A stretch of DNA of 64,000 nucleotides, taken from the NCBI RefSeq assembly GCF_009914755.1, contig NC_060932.1, one strand, 5' to 3'. A model generated the notes under the pieces. The model was not told the DNA's origin and ran no database searches. It saw nothing but the letters and a program-made list of their open reading frames with translations. This document shows positions 11,157 to 24,857 of the stretch, one piece after another. The DNA comes from the human T2T-CHM13v2.0 reference genome, Homo sapiens. Position numbers and translations under genes: made by a program. Numbering within the stretch: position 1 is the first letter of the stretch; each line of letters starts with the position of its first letter.

Positions 11157-13698
11157 TATATTTAAGAATAGTATTGTTATATGTGAATTTGATCCTGTCA
11201 TCATGATGCTAGAAGGTTATTTTTCAAACTTGTTTATGTGGTTGCTTCATAGTGTCACTGGTCTGTGTACTTCAGTGTGTTTTTTGTAGTGGCTGGTAAC
11301 AGTTTTTTCTTTCCATATTTAGTGCTTCCTTCAGGAGTTCTTGCAAGATAGGTCTAGTGGTGAACAATTCCCTCAGCATTTGCTTGTCTGAAAAGGATTT
11401 CATTTCTCCTTTGCTTATAAAGCTCAGTTTGTCCAGGTGTGAAATTAATTCTGTTGGAAATTCTTTTCTTTAAGAATTTTGAATAGTGGCCCCCAATCTC
11501 TTCTGGCTTGTAGGGTTTCTGCTGAGAGGTCCACTATTAGTCTGATGGGTTTCCCTTTGTAAATGACCTGGCCTTTCTCTCTGGCTGGCCTTAACATTTT
11601 TTCTTTTATTTTGACCTTGGAAATTCTGATGATTATGTGTCTTGGGGTTGATCTTCTCATGGGGTGTCTTACTGGGGTTCTCTGCATTTTCTGAAATTGA
11701 ATGTTGGCCTGCCTTGCTAAGTTGGGAAAGTTCTCCTGGATGATATCCTGAAGTATGTTTTCCAACTTGGTTCTGTTTTCCCCATCTCTTTCAAGTACTC
11801 CAATCTGTCACAGGTTCAGTCTCTTTACATAATCCCAAGTTTCTCAAAGGTTTTGTTCATTCCTTTTCTTTCTTTACTTTCTTTTTTTTTTTTTTTTTGT
11901 CTATTCTTGTCTACCTGTCTTATTTCAGAAAGATAATCTTCAAGCTCTGAGATTCCTTCCTCCACTTGATCTATTATGCTATTGATACTTGTGATTGCAC
12001 TGTGAAGTTCTCATGTTGTGTTTTTCAGCTCCATTAGGTCAGTTATGTTCCTCTCTAAACTGGATATTCTGGTTATCAGCTGCTGTATTGTTTTATCATG
12101 ATTCTTAACTTCTTTGCATTGGGTCACAACATGCTCCTTTAGCTCAGTGAAGTTCTTTATTACCCACCTTCTGAAGCCTACTTCTGACAATTCAGAAATC
12201 TCAGCCTCAGACCAGTTCTGTGCCCTTGCTGAAGGGCTGTTGCAGTCATTTGGAGGAGAAGAGGCACTCTGGCTTTTTGAGTTTTCAGTATTTTTGTGTT
12301 GATTCTTTCTTATCTTTGTGGGCTTATCTACCTTCGATCTTTGAGATTGCTGACCTTTGAATGGGGCTTTTGTTTGGGTCTTTTGTTGGATCTTTTGTTG
12401 ATGTTGTTGTTTTCTGTTCGTTTTTCTTTTAATGATCAGACCACTCTACTGTAGGACTGCTGCAATTTGCTAGGGGTCAGTTCCAGACTCTAGTTGCCTT
12501 GGTTTTTCCCATGCCTAGAGGTATCACCAGTGAAAACTGTGAAACAGCAAAGATGGCAGCCTACTTCTTCCTCTGGAAGCTCTGTCCCAAGGGGTTACTG
12601 GTATGTTGCTGGCCTAAAACATACCTGTAGGAGGTGGCTGGAGAACACTGTTGGGAATTCTTACCCAGTCAGAGGGAATGGGATCAGTGACCCACTTAAA
12701 GAAGCAGTCTGGCTGCCTTTCGGTAGAGCAGATGTGTTGTGTTGGGGGAGACATTTCTTCATCCAGACTTTGTATTCTCCAAAGCCAGCAGACTATAATG
12801 GTTGAGTCAACTAAACTGCAGAGATAGCAGCCACCTCTCCCCCTGGGAGTTCCTTCCCAGGGAGAGATCAGAGGTCTATCCATAGAACCCTGGCTGGAGT
12901 GGCTGAAGCTCCTTCAGGGAGGTCCCACCCAGTGAGGAAAAATGGATTAAGGTCCTGCTAAAGCAGCAGTCTGGCCACAATCTGGCAAGGCAGCTGTGCT
13001 GCGTTGTGGGTGACCTTTATTCATCTGGACCATTTATATGATCCCAAGCCAGCAGGCTGGAACAGCTGAGTCTACCGAACAGCAGAGATGGCAGCTACCC
13101 CTCCCTCCCCCTGGAAACTCAGAACAGTCTCAGGCAGTTTCCAGCTTGTCGTCATTGGCTGGGTGGAATTCCAAGCTAAGGGGTCTTAACTTGTGAGGTG
13201 CCATGGAAGTGGGGCCTGCAGAACAATGCTGCTTGGCTCCCTGGATTTAGCCAGCTTCCTAGGGATAGGTACAAATGGATCGTCTGCCTTGCCGGGGATC
13301 CTGGGACTAGAATATGTAAAACCGCTGGATCTCTATGTGTGCCCGAGTGGCTGCTCTGCCAAGACTCCACACAGCTGTGTATCAGACCCAAGGACCCGGT
13401 GGCATGAGCTCACAAAGGGATCTCCTGATCTTCGGGTTTCCTGGGCAGGATTGCACAATCACTCACTGCCTCTCTTGGCTGGGGTAGAGGTTCCTTTGGC
13501 TCTGTGCCACTCCCGGGAGGGCCATCACCCCCGCGCTTTTCTTCATTCTCTGTGAGTCTAATTGTTTTCCTAGTCAGTCCCAATGTGAGAACCTGCATAT
13601 TTCATTTGAAGATGCTGAATTCACTAACCTTTTTTTATTTCTCTCTGTGTGTGCTACAGACTGCAGCTCCTAATCAGCCATCTTGGATCCCCCTCTAG

Positions 13699-13822
13699 CC
13701 TTTCTACTAAAGATGTGAGTGGCTTAGACACTTGGAATTCCAGTGTTAGTGTATTTTTTATTTTTCTTTGTACTTACTTTTACCAGTGAGTTTTATGCCT
13801 TCGGATGATTTCTCACTGCTGT
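13699..13822 (-). mobile_element. L1MA/L1M ORF1-end/inter-ORF fragment
   Basis: Reverse complement is homologous to 58577-58693 in this window (aaaacttactggtaatagtaagtaca...agtagaaag). Confidence 0.75.
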
Positions 13823-15839
13823 GTTAAGAATTCTAAACATTCTATCTGCTAAAGAAAATTTTTAAAAACACAAAACACATGATTGGTTTAGCATTTCCAC
13901 TTTGTGGTCTTCAGACTGTCAGCGCCTATCAATGTCTGGAGCCATGGGGAGCCCTAGTACATGAAGTCTTTCAAAAGGAAAAACAAGAAAAATATTCAAG
14001 AATAACTGATGACAAACGGATTGCTAAATATGTGATGTGTTCCAGATTGCCTAAAGAGATCTGTAAATGTTAGGTTGCATTGACACCAAAAACTACAGAA
14101 AAACAAAAAGATTGAGAATAATTAAGAGGAGCAATATACAGTGAACAGAAAAATGAAGAGAGTGATGAACAATTGAGGCAGTAAAAGAAAAGGCTGAATG
14201 CAGTCATGGGAACAATAAAAAGTTCTGCTGCTGATATAAAAAGTGATGGGGCAAAATGGACATGTCTTAAAAGAGAAACATAAACTAGAATGTGAAAATC
14301 TGGGGACATTCAGGAAAGAGCAAGTGGCATGAACACACCGCAGCATCTTGTAAGGACCTCCTGTATTTCAACTGGTATTAGTCAATATTCAATAAGAAAC
14401 ACTATATAAGAAACATAGCACTAGTTCTAGCAATGGAGAAAACTGTATTAAAAAGCCATTCAAAACTTTCTGCAGAGAAACTCTGGAGGAAATATTAAAA
14501 AGTAGGCTTAATCTTAGAAGACAATGGAGATCTATGTGCACCTTGAAAAAACTTAAAAGAGGAAAATGTTAAAAGATTCATAAAATATTGATTCAATATT
14601 TTATATGACACTGAGAGTCATAAAGGACATGTTGTTACATTCTTTACAGAGTCTTAGTAAAATATAGTTCTTCAGCATAGCCTTATCATAAAGCTACACT
14701 AGTGAATTTATATAATTTTGAAAATATTATGTATCTGGTTGGTCTCACTAAAAAAGATCAGTCTGTCTAACTCTGTTCCAGAAGTGCTCACTATGTGTTG
14801 CAGATGACATTTATAATGAATAGAGTATAGCACACATTTTGAGTAAAAAATATCCTGACTTTTCAATTATGATTTTCCACAATCCTAAAGTGTCAGTCAG
14901 AAAATCAAATAAGTAGGTCAAGGATCAGGAAATTTAGAAAATTCAAGAAAAGCCTTTTTTAAGAATAGTTTCTTTTGCTGACTCTCAACAACACATTTCA
15001 AGCAACGAATCTCTGTGTTTTGTGTTTTTGTTTGTGAAATATTTGGAAAAGTAAGCAAGCATGAAAATGGAGTCATTGGCAATATACTTTCCATCTATAA
15101 TTTGTCACAAATATTTATAGCATTCATGTGTGTTTCTGGCATGCCACTGGAGCATATTATAGATTCTAGTAAAAAAAAAAGACTTAAAAGGTAAATAAAT
15201 TTTCAACATCAAGTTCATTAAATTGCCTCAGTTTATGTTTAATTGCCATAGGCTGAGTGCTATGCAGATGTCTGAAATTAGCAAAGTTGTAAACTATTTG
15301 AAAGCCACCAGGAGGTTAAGTGCATGAATGAAAATGTCATGTCCTTCTTGAGTCACGACAATATAACTATCCTGAAAATGTCCGCGTTGCCTATTGGACT
15401 TTCAGGAATGTCTGAAGTTAAATGGTGAAAACACAGACAAATATGTTCAAAATTGAAATAGGCTCACCAAATTTTAAATATTTTTTAAAAGATATGTAGC
15501 AATTATTCTAGCCACACATCTTTCACTGTCATAGAAAAAAATAATTTTTTAGCCTAATGGAATTGACTTCTCGATTGCAAAAACTCAAAAATACCCCAAT
15601 TCTCAGAACTCCTTACAACTGAATAATTCCCCTGACCTTCATATTTGTCATTTCGCAATCAATGTGTTGGAATACTCAGTTAAATGGAAAGGCAGACCTC
15701 AGTATGTTCCAAATGAACAAAATAATGGCATGTGTCTACAGAGTGGCTAAGTTTAAAGAGCAGGGCAAATGAGCCAAAGTCCTGCTTGCTGATTAGTGCA
15801 TATCACAGGAAGAGTCATTCCAGCCTCCTGGAGGGACCA

Positions 15840-16052
15840 GATGTTGAAGTCCACAGACCCAGGTCTATCACAGCCTGGTATGTACTGAGCGACCTTGGTC
15901 TAGTTACTTACTGTCTTTGTACCTCAAGTTCCTCATGAATAAAATGGGGTATATCACATAGGGTTGCTGTAAGGATCTAATGAGCTATATGTAATACAGC
16001 ACAAAATTTAACTCAGGGACTAGCTCTTGGTCCTCAATAAATATTAATATTA
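15840..16052 (+). mobile_element. MIR SINE
   Basis: gaccttgg...cctcaagttcctcatgaataaaatgggg...catagggttgctgtaaggatctaatgag...ctcaataaatatt. Confidence 0.8.
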
Positions 16053-17387
16053 GATGCTAATTTCAACACTTTAACTAGGTCAACCTAGGCTGTATTTGGG
16101 ATTCATGTGACTACTGTCACTTAACTGAGCATTAACTGCTAAAAAGAACCTCAACCTACATAAAATGTTAGCCCAATATTTAAAATGCTCTAGCAGAAAT
16201 ATGAATAGAGGCAGTAGTAGGAAAAACGATAGGAATCCATGGATGGATTGTGTGGTGGGGAAGAATATTTCAAATTGATACAGCTTCCAGATTAGAATTC
16301 TGGATTAGACTATTAGGACCTCTATCCTGGGAAGTATTTTGTTTGCTTGTTTTAATCTCCAAAACCTTTCTCTGAACCTAACACCTTAGAAAAAAATGTA
16401 TATTATTTATTTTTAATTCTCCAAGCATTTGCCAGAGAATTTTGGTAATTATATTAATTTAGCCTTATATAAGTTTTCTTTTACATTTTTCATCAATGCT
16501 AAAAGTAGAAAGCAACTTAGGAACATAAAATATATCACTTATGAAGAGATTCTGATGCTACCTTCAGCAATATGTTTTAATCCAATAACATAATTCTGCT
16601 TTCTCAACACATTAGTATCTTTGATGCTCTGAACAGTGGTTTTATACATACATCTTGCTGAACCTCAGTGCTCAGGCTTCCTCGGGAGTGACTCTAGGGC
16701 AACATTGGAGGTGGGAGAAAGGGTGGGTTTCTGGACCTTCCATACATCCCCCCCTTTCCCACAGTCAAGGCCTACCTTCTGTATAAAGATTTTCTTAAAA
16801 TCTCTAGGCCACTTTGATCTCCCTCTTCCCTGATCTTCTGTAGCTTGGAGTGTCCTCACCCCTCCCAGGGCACCCAGTTATTATCCACACCACGCTGCCA
16901 AGCATAGTGTCAGGCTTCTATTATTTCCTCTCTCATGGGTGCATTTTTTTCTTCCTCCATTAAGATTATACATTCTCAGAACAAAGAGTGTGTCATATAA
17001 TTCTCTCACAGAATTCACCTTCTGTGCCCAGAAAACATGAGGTATCAAAAATATTGGCTGATTTAAAGACATTTGCTTTAAATTTTCAGGAAGTTTTCAG
17101 TGGGAAAATGACAGAATTCAGATCTAGCCTTTAAATGTATACTCCTGAAAACTTCAGCAATAATACATAGGCATGAAATTAACTGGGGGCTTTCATAGGT
17201 TTTTGAAAGGCAAGAAGGTAGCAAATCTAGATTAAATGCTAGTTTGTCTCTGCAGTGGTGTGCGGTGGGAATTTTCTTAAAATTTTTAAATAAACACACA
17301 CAGGTACTTTTTTGCAGACTGCAATAGCCAAAAAATTTAATGAGCCATCCAAGAAGCCTAATAGTTCATGGGGAAATGGCACGAAGG

Positions 17388-17819
17388 TGTGATGGTTAAT
17401 AATGAGTGTCAACTTAATTGGATTGAAGGATAAAAAGCATTGATCCTGGGTGTGTCTGTGAGGGTGTTGTCAGAGGAGATTAACATTTGAGTCAGCTGAC
17501 TGGGAAAGGCAGAAACACCCTTAATGTGGATGGGCACTAATCAGCTGCCAGTGTGGCTAGAACATAAGCAGGCAGAAAAATGTGAAAAGAGAGACTGGCC
17601 TAGCTTCCCAGTAGGCCCGTGCTGGATGCTTACTGCCCTTGAACATAGGACTCCAGGTTCTTCAGTTTTGAAACTCGGACTGGCTCTCCCTGCTCCTCAG
17701 CCTGCCGACAGCCTATTGTGGGACCTTGTGATCATCTGAGTTAATACTTAATAACTCCCCTTTATATATCTCTCTCTATTCCATTAGTTCTGTCCCTCTA
17801 GAGAACCCTGACTAATACA
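17388..17819 (+). mobile_element. MLT2A1 solo LTR (ERVL)
   Basis: TGTGATGGTTAAT...GAGAACCCTGACTAATACA, 432 bp; TSD gaagg/gaagt. Confidence 0.93.
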
Positions 17820-18304
17820 GAAGTCTTGGTCTTCCCTGTTGTTTCTATGGTTACCATCATATAAACCTCCTAACAAACCACCCTAAAAGTGAGAAACAAT
17901 GACAGTGGCTCAAAAATAACAAACAACACAATAAACAGCTTTTGAGTGGATTATTATGTAATTTAACACAAAAACATCGGGTCTAACAAGAGTTGAACAA
18001 GAGATTTTGTTTTTATTTCCTCTCTAGTCGTTCAAGGACACAAAGCAAAGCTCAACAAAAGCAAAATTTTCCTGTCAGGGGTCCCCTAGTCCCTGCGTTT
18101 AGGTGAGAACGAGAACCTACTGCCTTCAAATAAAAAGTACATTTGACTCTATCTTCATGATCAGTTATTTCCTACAGATATACATGTATAAACATTTGTG
18201 CATGTATACACTCATATGAGCAAAGTTATAAATCAGAATTGTGCTTATGTTTTTCTTGAGAGTGGTAATCTATGTTAAGAATAAGTAAGCCCACATGCCC
18301 TGAT

Positions 18305-18620
18305 GATAATAATAATCTTTTAAATTTATGCTGATCTTTACAGTACATAAAGTGATTATTTAGATTATTTCATTATGCTCACAACAACTTTGTAGGTAAG
18401 TGGAACATTGTTATTGGTGTAATCATTTTATAAATAAAATATGGTTATTGGTGTAATCATTTTATAAATAAGGATACTGAGGCTTGGAGAAATTGAATGA
18501 TCTGCCCATCATCACTGAGAGATTCAAGTAGGCACCCAGCACAACATTAGTGAATGAAAATATAAATGCAAGAAGAAAAGCCAAGACTTCTGACTATGTA
18601 TTTTTCACTCTTGCCACACT
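18305..18620 (-). mobile_element. MIR fragment containing a 34-bp tandem duplication
   Basis: ctcacaacaactttgtaggtaag...cattttataaataaggatactgaggcttggagaaattgaatgatctgccca. Confidence 0.7.
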
Positions 18621-18839
18621 AACGTTTTAGCTGCCATTTTTAAATATATTTTGAATCTATGTATCTGATATAAATTCAAAATAAAATTTCCAAAAATATT
18701 TTTTCTGACATTATAACTATAACAAACTATTGATTAGAATCAATAAACAAATAAAACACTAATGAGTTTAATGTATCATCCCTATTGTAGTCTTAACTAC
18801 TACATATGACATTTATATGTCATCTCCACATTTGCTTTG

Positions 18840-19255
18840 ATTTGTTCATTCAATTCACTCTAAAATATATTTACTTGGATCTTCTATACTCCAGGCTAAG
18901 GGTTAGGGGTATAGTGCTGAACAAAACAAAACCAGCCCCTGCTCTTATGGCACAGATAGTCTGGTTAGGAATGTAGACATTTAATAAACATACAGATGCA
19001 GAAATTGTGAGAGTGGAAAAGAACGGTGTAGTCTGAGGTAAGTTAACAAAGATCTAATTTAGATTGGAAGACAGGCAGGCAACTCTGTGTAGGTGACATT
19101 TAAGCTGAGGCCTAAACTGTTCATTCATTTCTTCAACAGATGTTCCCTGTGTCCATATGCTGTCTCGGCCAAGCTGTGATGTACAAGTCATACAAGTGCC
19201 ATGATGTACAATGATGAGCAGGACAGACATGGTCCCTGACCTCAGGGAGCTCCCT
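18840..19255 (-). mobile_element. Two L2 3'-end fragments
   Basis: ttcattcaattcac and ttcattcatttcttcaaca tails; gaacaaaacaaaaccagcccctgctcttatgg; gacagacatggtccctgacctcagggagct. Confidence 0.7.
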
Positions 19256-20811
19256 GTGAAAGGACAACAGGAGAAACAAACTTGATTTGGGACTTGAAAA
19301 AAATTAATTTAGCCATTGAGCTCAAAATAAGTAACACAAGAGTTCCTCCCTGGATGTATTATTTTAAAACCTAAATTCGGACTTGAGTAGTTCATCCAGT
19401 AAAATTTGGCATATCTTCATCCTTCAATAACCATCTTTCAAAGAAAGAGTTCTAAAATGGCTTTGTCCCATTAAGACTGATCCAGGGCTAGGTATAATCT
19501 TGAGAATACTGAGATCAAACTCTGTAATAAGCTAAGATCACAAGAGATGCCAGTATTTTACAATCCCCACCTATTCTTTTTTGTTTATAAATATGACTTA
19601 ATTTTTTATATTTCTCTAATATAATTTTATGATATCATCCAATGAACTTAATGCTTACCTCAACTGGATCAACTGAAAATAGCTATCTTTTAAATAATCA
19701 CATTTGTCGAAACAATTGAAGAACATTACCATAAGTAAGTTCACAATTGTACATATTGAATCATGACACCAATAAACCTTAAAATATATTGCAAACATAA
19801 TAATTAATTGGATCTTTCCATAATTTATTTATTTTCTTCCTTTGGCCTTTCTTTATTATTCACTCAAAAATAATAAACAAATTTTTCTCTTAGTTAGAGA
19901 ATCAAAATGTCAAGAGAAAAGATACATGCCCGAAGTTATTTTGACAATTGAAGTGTGAAGCAATTATCATTTGTGGCAACGCTAGGCTTTCTTGTCTGAC
20001 TGTAGAAGTTTACCCGGGCTTCTGTTTAATTTTTCAGTCAAGAAGCTTATTCTCCTAGCAAAATACACACATACAACAATGAAGAATAAACAATCAGTTA
20101 TCTGATCCATTGCTTGTAATTAATGAAAATTTTATGACTTTATATCTCAGTGATTTGTGTATATGGTTTGTCTAGAAGAATTAATATAGAGTTTCCTGCT
20201 AATCAACTCTCAGACTCTAAGAAAAAATTACAGTCAGAGCACAAATCATAAATGAAGGTACTAAAGATAACTTGTGTCTAAAAAATTAAATTTATTGAAA
20301 ATTAAAGAACTAAAAATAATACTGTTAAATTTTCCCTGCCTGGATAGCTTTTTTAATCTTTCAGCACATACAATGAAAACTAACTTGTCTATTTCAGTTT
20401 GATTAGAAGCTAATTGTGCCTCTTGGTTCTCAAATGCTATGTTTCAAATATATAATTCAGACTCAAGCATTTGATGACAAAATGTTTAACTCAAAACCCC
20501 ATTTTTCTTTTTATTAATTTTCATAATTATTGATTAGTTTTACAAACCATAGAAAATGTCATCCAAAAAGTATGTTGCCACAATAGGTGGCATCTTATAT
20601 TTGGTGAAATAGGTTACATACTATGACATTTAAAAATAATGTAACATAAATTGAGAGCAGAAGGGGAAAGAAAGTTGAAGTACACAAATTTCTTCATCTG
20701 TAACAACTGAAATTCAAAAGATGTCATTGAAGCCTTCAAATGAAATAACAAAAGCATAATTAGTAATCATTATCAAAGAAAGCACTAAGAATTTTAAAAA
20801 TTAACTAAAAT

Positions 20812-21134
<323 letters not shown>

Positions 21135-21399
21135 CTAAAATAAGGTGATGACACAAAGGAAAAAGGAAAGAAAATACACTAAGTATATAACTGTTCATAG
21201 AAGGGAGCAAAAGATAATGTCTAAGATATTAAAGAATTAAAATTATATAACACACTAGTAATAAAGTTAGCCACTGGAATAAAAATACAAACCTTCTTAA
21301 ATATCATGATAATTATACATTAAGAGTAAAGCAAAGAATATGGAGTGTATATAATTTGTGAAAGCACTAAAGTATAATTAATTGTAAAGAAGTAGGTTC

Positions 21400-22050
21400 A
21401 AATATAGCTGTTATATCAATAAATCTAAATGGGTTAAATTCATCTGTAGAAGAAAGGAAAGAAAATTAAAGAATGGACAAAAATATATAAGGAAAAAATT
21501 ATATATGTAGAAAGAGAGGGAAGGAACAGAAGGAAGGGCAGAAGAGGAGGGTAGTAAGGCAGGAAGGAAGAGCTTGCAACCTTACTTGAATTTGTTATAA
21601 AATGTTAAATGACACAAAGGTCAGTATCATATGTTAAAAGGAAATGTCTGTAGTGAAGATTTTTAAAAAGCTGAGACTGTTAATGCACTATATATATATG
21701 TGTATATATATATATATGGCATCAATATTTGCAAAGCAAAACTGCAGGAGTTACAAAGAAAAACACAAAATCAACAAGAGAACTGTATTTATCTCTCTTT
21801 GTCTTTGACAGATCAAGAAAGAAAAACTAATAGTATAGATCTAAAGGACATAAAAAAGTAGAAATAATTAACATAGACAAAATTTTGTTCCTCAAAATAA
21901 ATACTACAATTTATTTTTACAAAAACCATTACAAAAATCAACATATATTAGGCCACTATGTAAACCATAATTAATTCTAAAACATTCTCTCATCACAATG
22001 CCATAAAACTAGAAATTAATAATAAAAGCAAAAATGAAAATATTTTTATT
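21400..22050 (+). mobile_element. Ancient L1M ORF2 endonuclease-region fragment
   Basis: atatcaataaatctaaatgggttaaattc; tttgacagatcaaga; ttctctcatcacaatgccataaaactagaaattaat (FSDHNAIKLEIN-like). Confidence 0.7.
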
Positions 22051-22275
22051 AATTGGGTAACTTTGTACAAGTCATCTGTCATTCAGAAGCTTCCTTGCCT
22101 GAACTGCTAAATGGAAATAATACGTAAATCACAGAGTAATCTTGAAAGATTTATGAATTTGAAAACATTACGCAAGTTATAAATTCTTATTCAAAAAGAA
22201 TCCTTTTTCTCCTTACACTTGAGAAGCAGCTTGATTTGGCAGCTTCAAAGATTTGAACACTTGGTCTATGCTTTA

Positions 22276-22431
22276 CACATGTGGCTATTTAAATAATTAA
22301 ATTAAATTAAAATTTTAGTTCTTCAACGTTAGCTTCATTTAAAGTGGTCCCTGGCCACATTTGGCTAGTGGCTACCGTATTGGACACCATAATATTTTCA
22401 GCATTACAAACAGTTCTATTAGACAGTGCTG
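22276..22431. mobile_element. MER3/MER33-like hAT-Charlie relic
   Basis: cacatgtggctattt...ggccacatttggctagtggctaccgtattggaca...agttctattagacagtgctg. Confidence 0.8.
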
Positions 22432-22897
22432 GCACAGATGATACTGGGGAAATCAAATATTTAGAAGTTCATGCGAATTATTTAAGTTTTACTTCAACAA
22501 ATTAACAGAGTGCTTCTAGCAAGAGCTTCATATGAGTTTTTTTTTTTTACCACTTTACTTCCTAATTATACAAAAGGATCATCCTCTCACTTAATATAAT
22601 CCAAATACATTAAGGTGCTAATTGAATATGATACGTAAGCTGTGCATACTAATTGTCACTAATAAGTTTAATGATGATTGCTTAAGCCTATAACAGCTAA
22701 TCACCTACATAGCCATTCAAGTCAACTTGATGTCACTCATTCTTCATTAGTAAAACGTGTTTTATTAAGTTGATTCCATTATATGTGAGCCCAGAAGATT
22801 TACTCCATGGTTGTCCTTTTAATGTTAAGAGTATTCCAAATGTGATCCCTGAACAAAATGCTGATGCAGCTGAAGGTGACTCTTAAATCTATCTCAG

Positions 22898-23350
22898 TTT
22901 TTAAAATTTTTAATTATCAGTTTATTATGGATACATAATAGTTGTCCGTATTTATGGGGTACATGTGATACCTTGAAACAAGCACACAATGGGTAATGAT
23001 CAATCGGGGTAATTAGGGAATGCATCACCTCAAGCATTTATCATTTCTTTGTGTTAGAAACATTCCAATTCCACTCTTCTAGTTATTTTGAAATACACAA
23101 TAAATTATGGTTAGCTGTAGTTGCCCTGTTGTGCTATCAAACACTAGATCTTATTCCTTCTATCTAACTGTATTTTTGTACTCATTAACCATCCCCTTTT
23201 AATCCCCCTCCCTTCTCCATTACCCTTCCCAGGCTCTGGTAATTATCATTCTGTTCTCTATTCCCGTGAGTTCAATTGTTTTAGCTTCCACATATGTGTG
23301 ACAACATGCAATATTTGTCTTTCTGTGCTCGGCTTATTTCACTTAATACA
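22898..23350 (-). mobile_element. L1MA-type 3' end, 5'-truncated
   Basis: tttatggggtacatgtgata...catcacctcaagcatttatcatttctttgtgttagaaacattcc; gtgactctta occurs on both flanks (22876, 23366) and may be a TSD remnant. Confidence 0.88.
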
Positions 23351-23729
23351 CCACCTCAGTTTCCAGTGACTCTTAGAGCATTCCACCATGGTAAGCTTTA
23401 AACAAATCAGTACTTTCTTCGTCTATTATATGTCTTCATTAGCTCAGTATATTTTGAGATTCTTAATGCCACCTACTAGTCTTGTGAACCTGGGTGGTTC
23501 ATTATCTTCTCTAGGTCTCAGGTCCCCTCCCCCTTCTCTAAATTCAGGAGGGCCAAAGAGAGAGTGGGGATATAATGACAGCCTAATCACAAGTTTATAT
23601 TCCCTTTCTCTCCCAGTTGAAGAAACTCTACTTAAAAAATAGTAAGGCTTACTTGAGGAGATTAGAGAGGTCATAAATATATATAAGAATTGAATTTTTT
23701 TAAGTGCAGATGGATATCATTGTGTACAA

Positions 23730-24145
23730 TGTCGGGAGAGGGATGGGGGACCAGCTGCCTGCCTCCTTGCCGCAGACCCTGTGTCTGCCTGAGACAGCCC
23801 AACCAGCTGAGCATGGGTCTCCTGGCAAAAGAACAGGTTTCTGAAATGCAGATCCAAGAGATGGTGGCTGGTCCTGCAGGTACTGCAGTGCTGAAGAAGA
23901 GCCATCTTGGGCTAATTCAATGAAGATAGAAAGAGATTGTGACCCTCTGATTGTCCCCTTCCCCCTCACAGCTGCAGAAGCCCAAGAATTGAGCTGCATT
24001 CTCACCCTGACCTCAATATGGAGATTCTAGCTTGTCTGCCCTTCCAAGGTTGGCTGCCCAGCTGCAGAATAAACATCTGTCTTACTTTTCACCTGCTAAT
24101 TCACATCCATCCCACCTTCTCAGGAACAGAATACCAGATTTAACA
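23730..24145 (+). mobile_element. Possible old LTR-like element, family not recognised
   Basis: GC-richer ~415-bp island starting TG, with AATAAA ~75 nt before a ...taaca end; no TSD seen. Confidence 0.3.
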
Positions 24146-24693
24146 GAATACATTTGGGAGAAAGGCCAGTTGAGGGGACTAAGCAATCCAAAAGAGGGAA
24201 GTTAGGCAAGCCAACATAGAGAATGTGTGCCCCACTAGGTCAAAGTTAGTGAAATAAACAGAAGAGACTGCTAAGAAAGGCTGCAATAAGAGGATACATG
24301 GTTTGAGAACAATGAGATCCTAGAACAAAATAAAATCACTAATATCTGAATATTAAAACATAACAGAAGAATTAGCAAAGAGGAATTGCACTGGCAAAAA
24401 AAAAAAAAGGAAAAAATCAATTTTGTGTCCTGTAAAATCAAGTGTAGAAGCTATCTTATTACACATGATAAAATAAAGAATTTTAAAGGAAATCATGGGT
24501 AGTAAGATGTTTGGAGACATATGAAGAGAACAATTTACAAAAGGGCAACATGAAAGAGATGAAAAGTAATTAAAGGAATAATAGACCATTTCACTCAGTT
24601 GAAGAAAGACTTGTATGCAGAGCACAGCAGTATCCCCAAGTGCGAGGCAAGTCTAAGGAGAAAAAAGAAATCATATCTAAATATATTTTTGTG

Positions 24694-24857
24694 GGCCCTG
24701 CTGGGGTGATGCATGCTTAGAACTGCAGCACTTTGGAGGCCAACGCAGGAGGATCACTTGAGTTCAAGAGCTCCCGGTTAAAGTGAGCTATGATCATGCC
24801 ACTGCATTCCAGCCTGGGCAAGAGAGAAAGACTGTCTCTAAAAAAAAAAAAAAAAAA
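24694..24857 (+). mobile_element. Free right Alu monomer (FRAM)
   Basis: Single monomer with gtgagctatgatcatgccactgcattccagcctgggc and A-tail; TSD aaatatatttttgtg (24679-24693) / aaatatatccttgtg (24872-24886). Confidence 0.85.
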
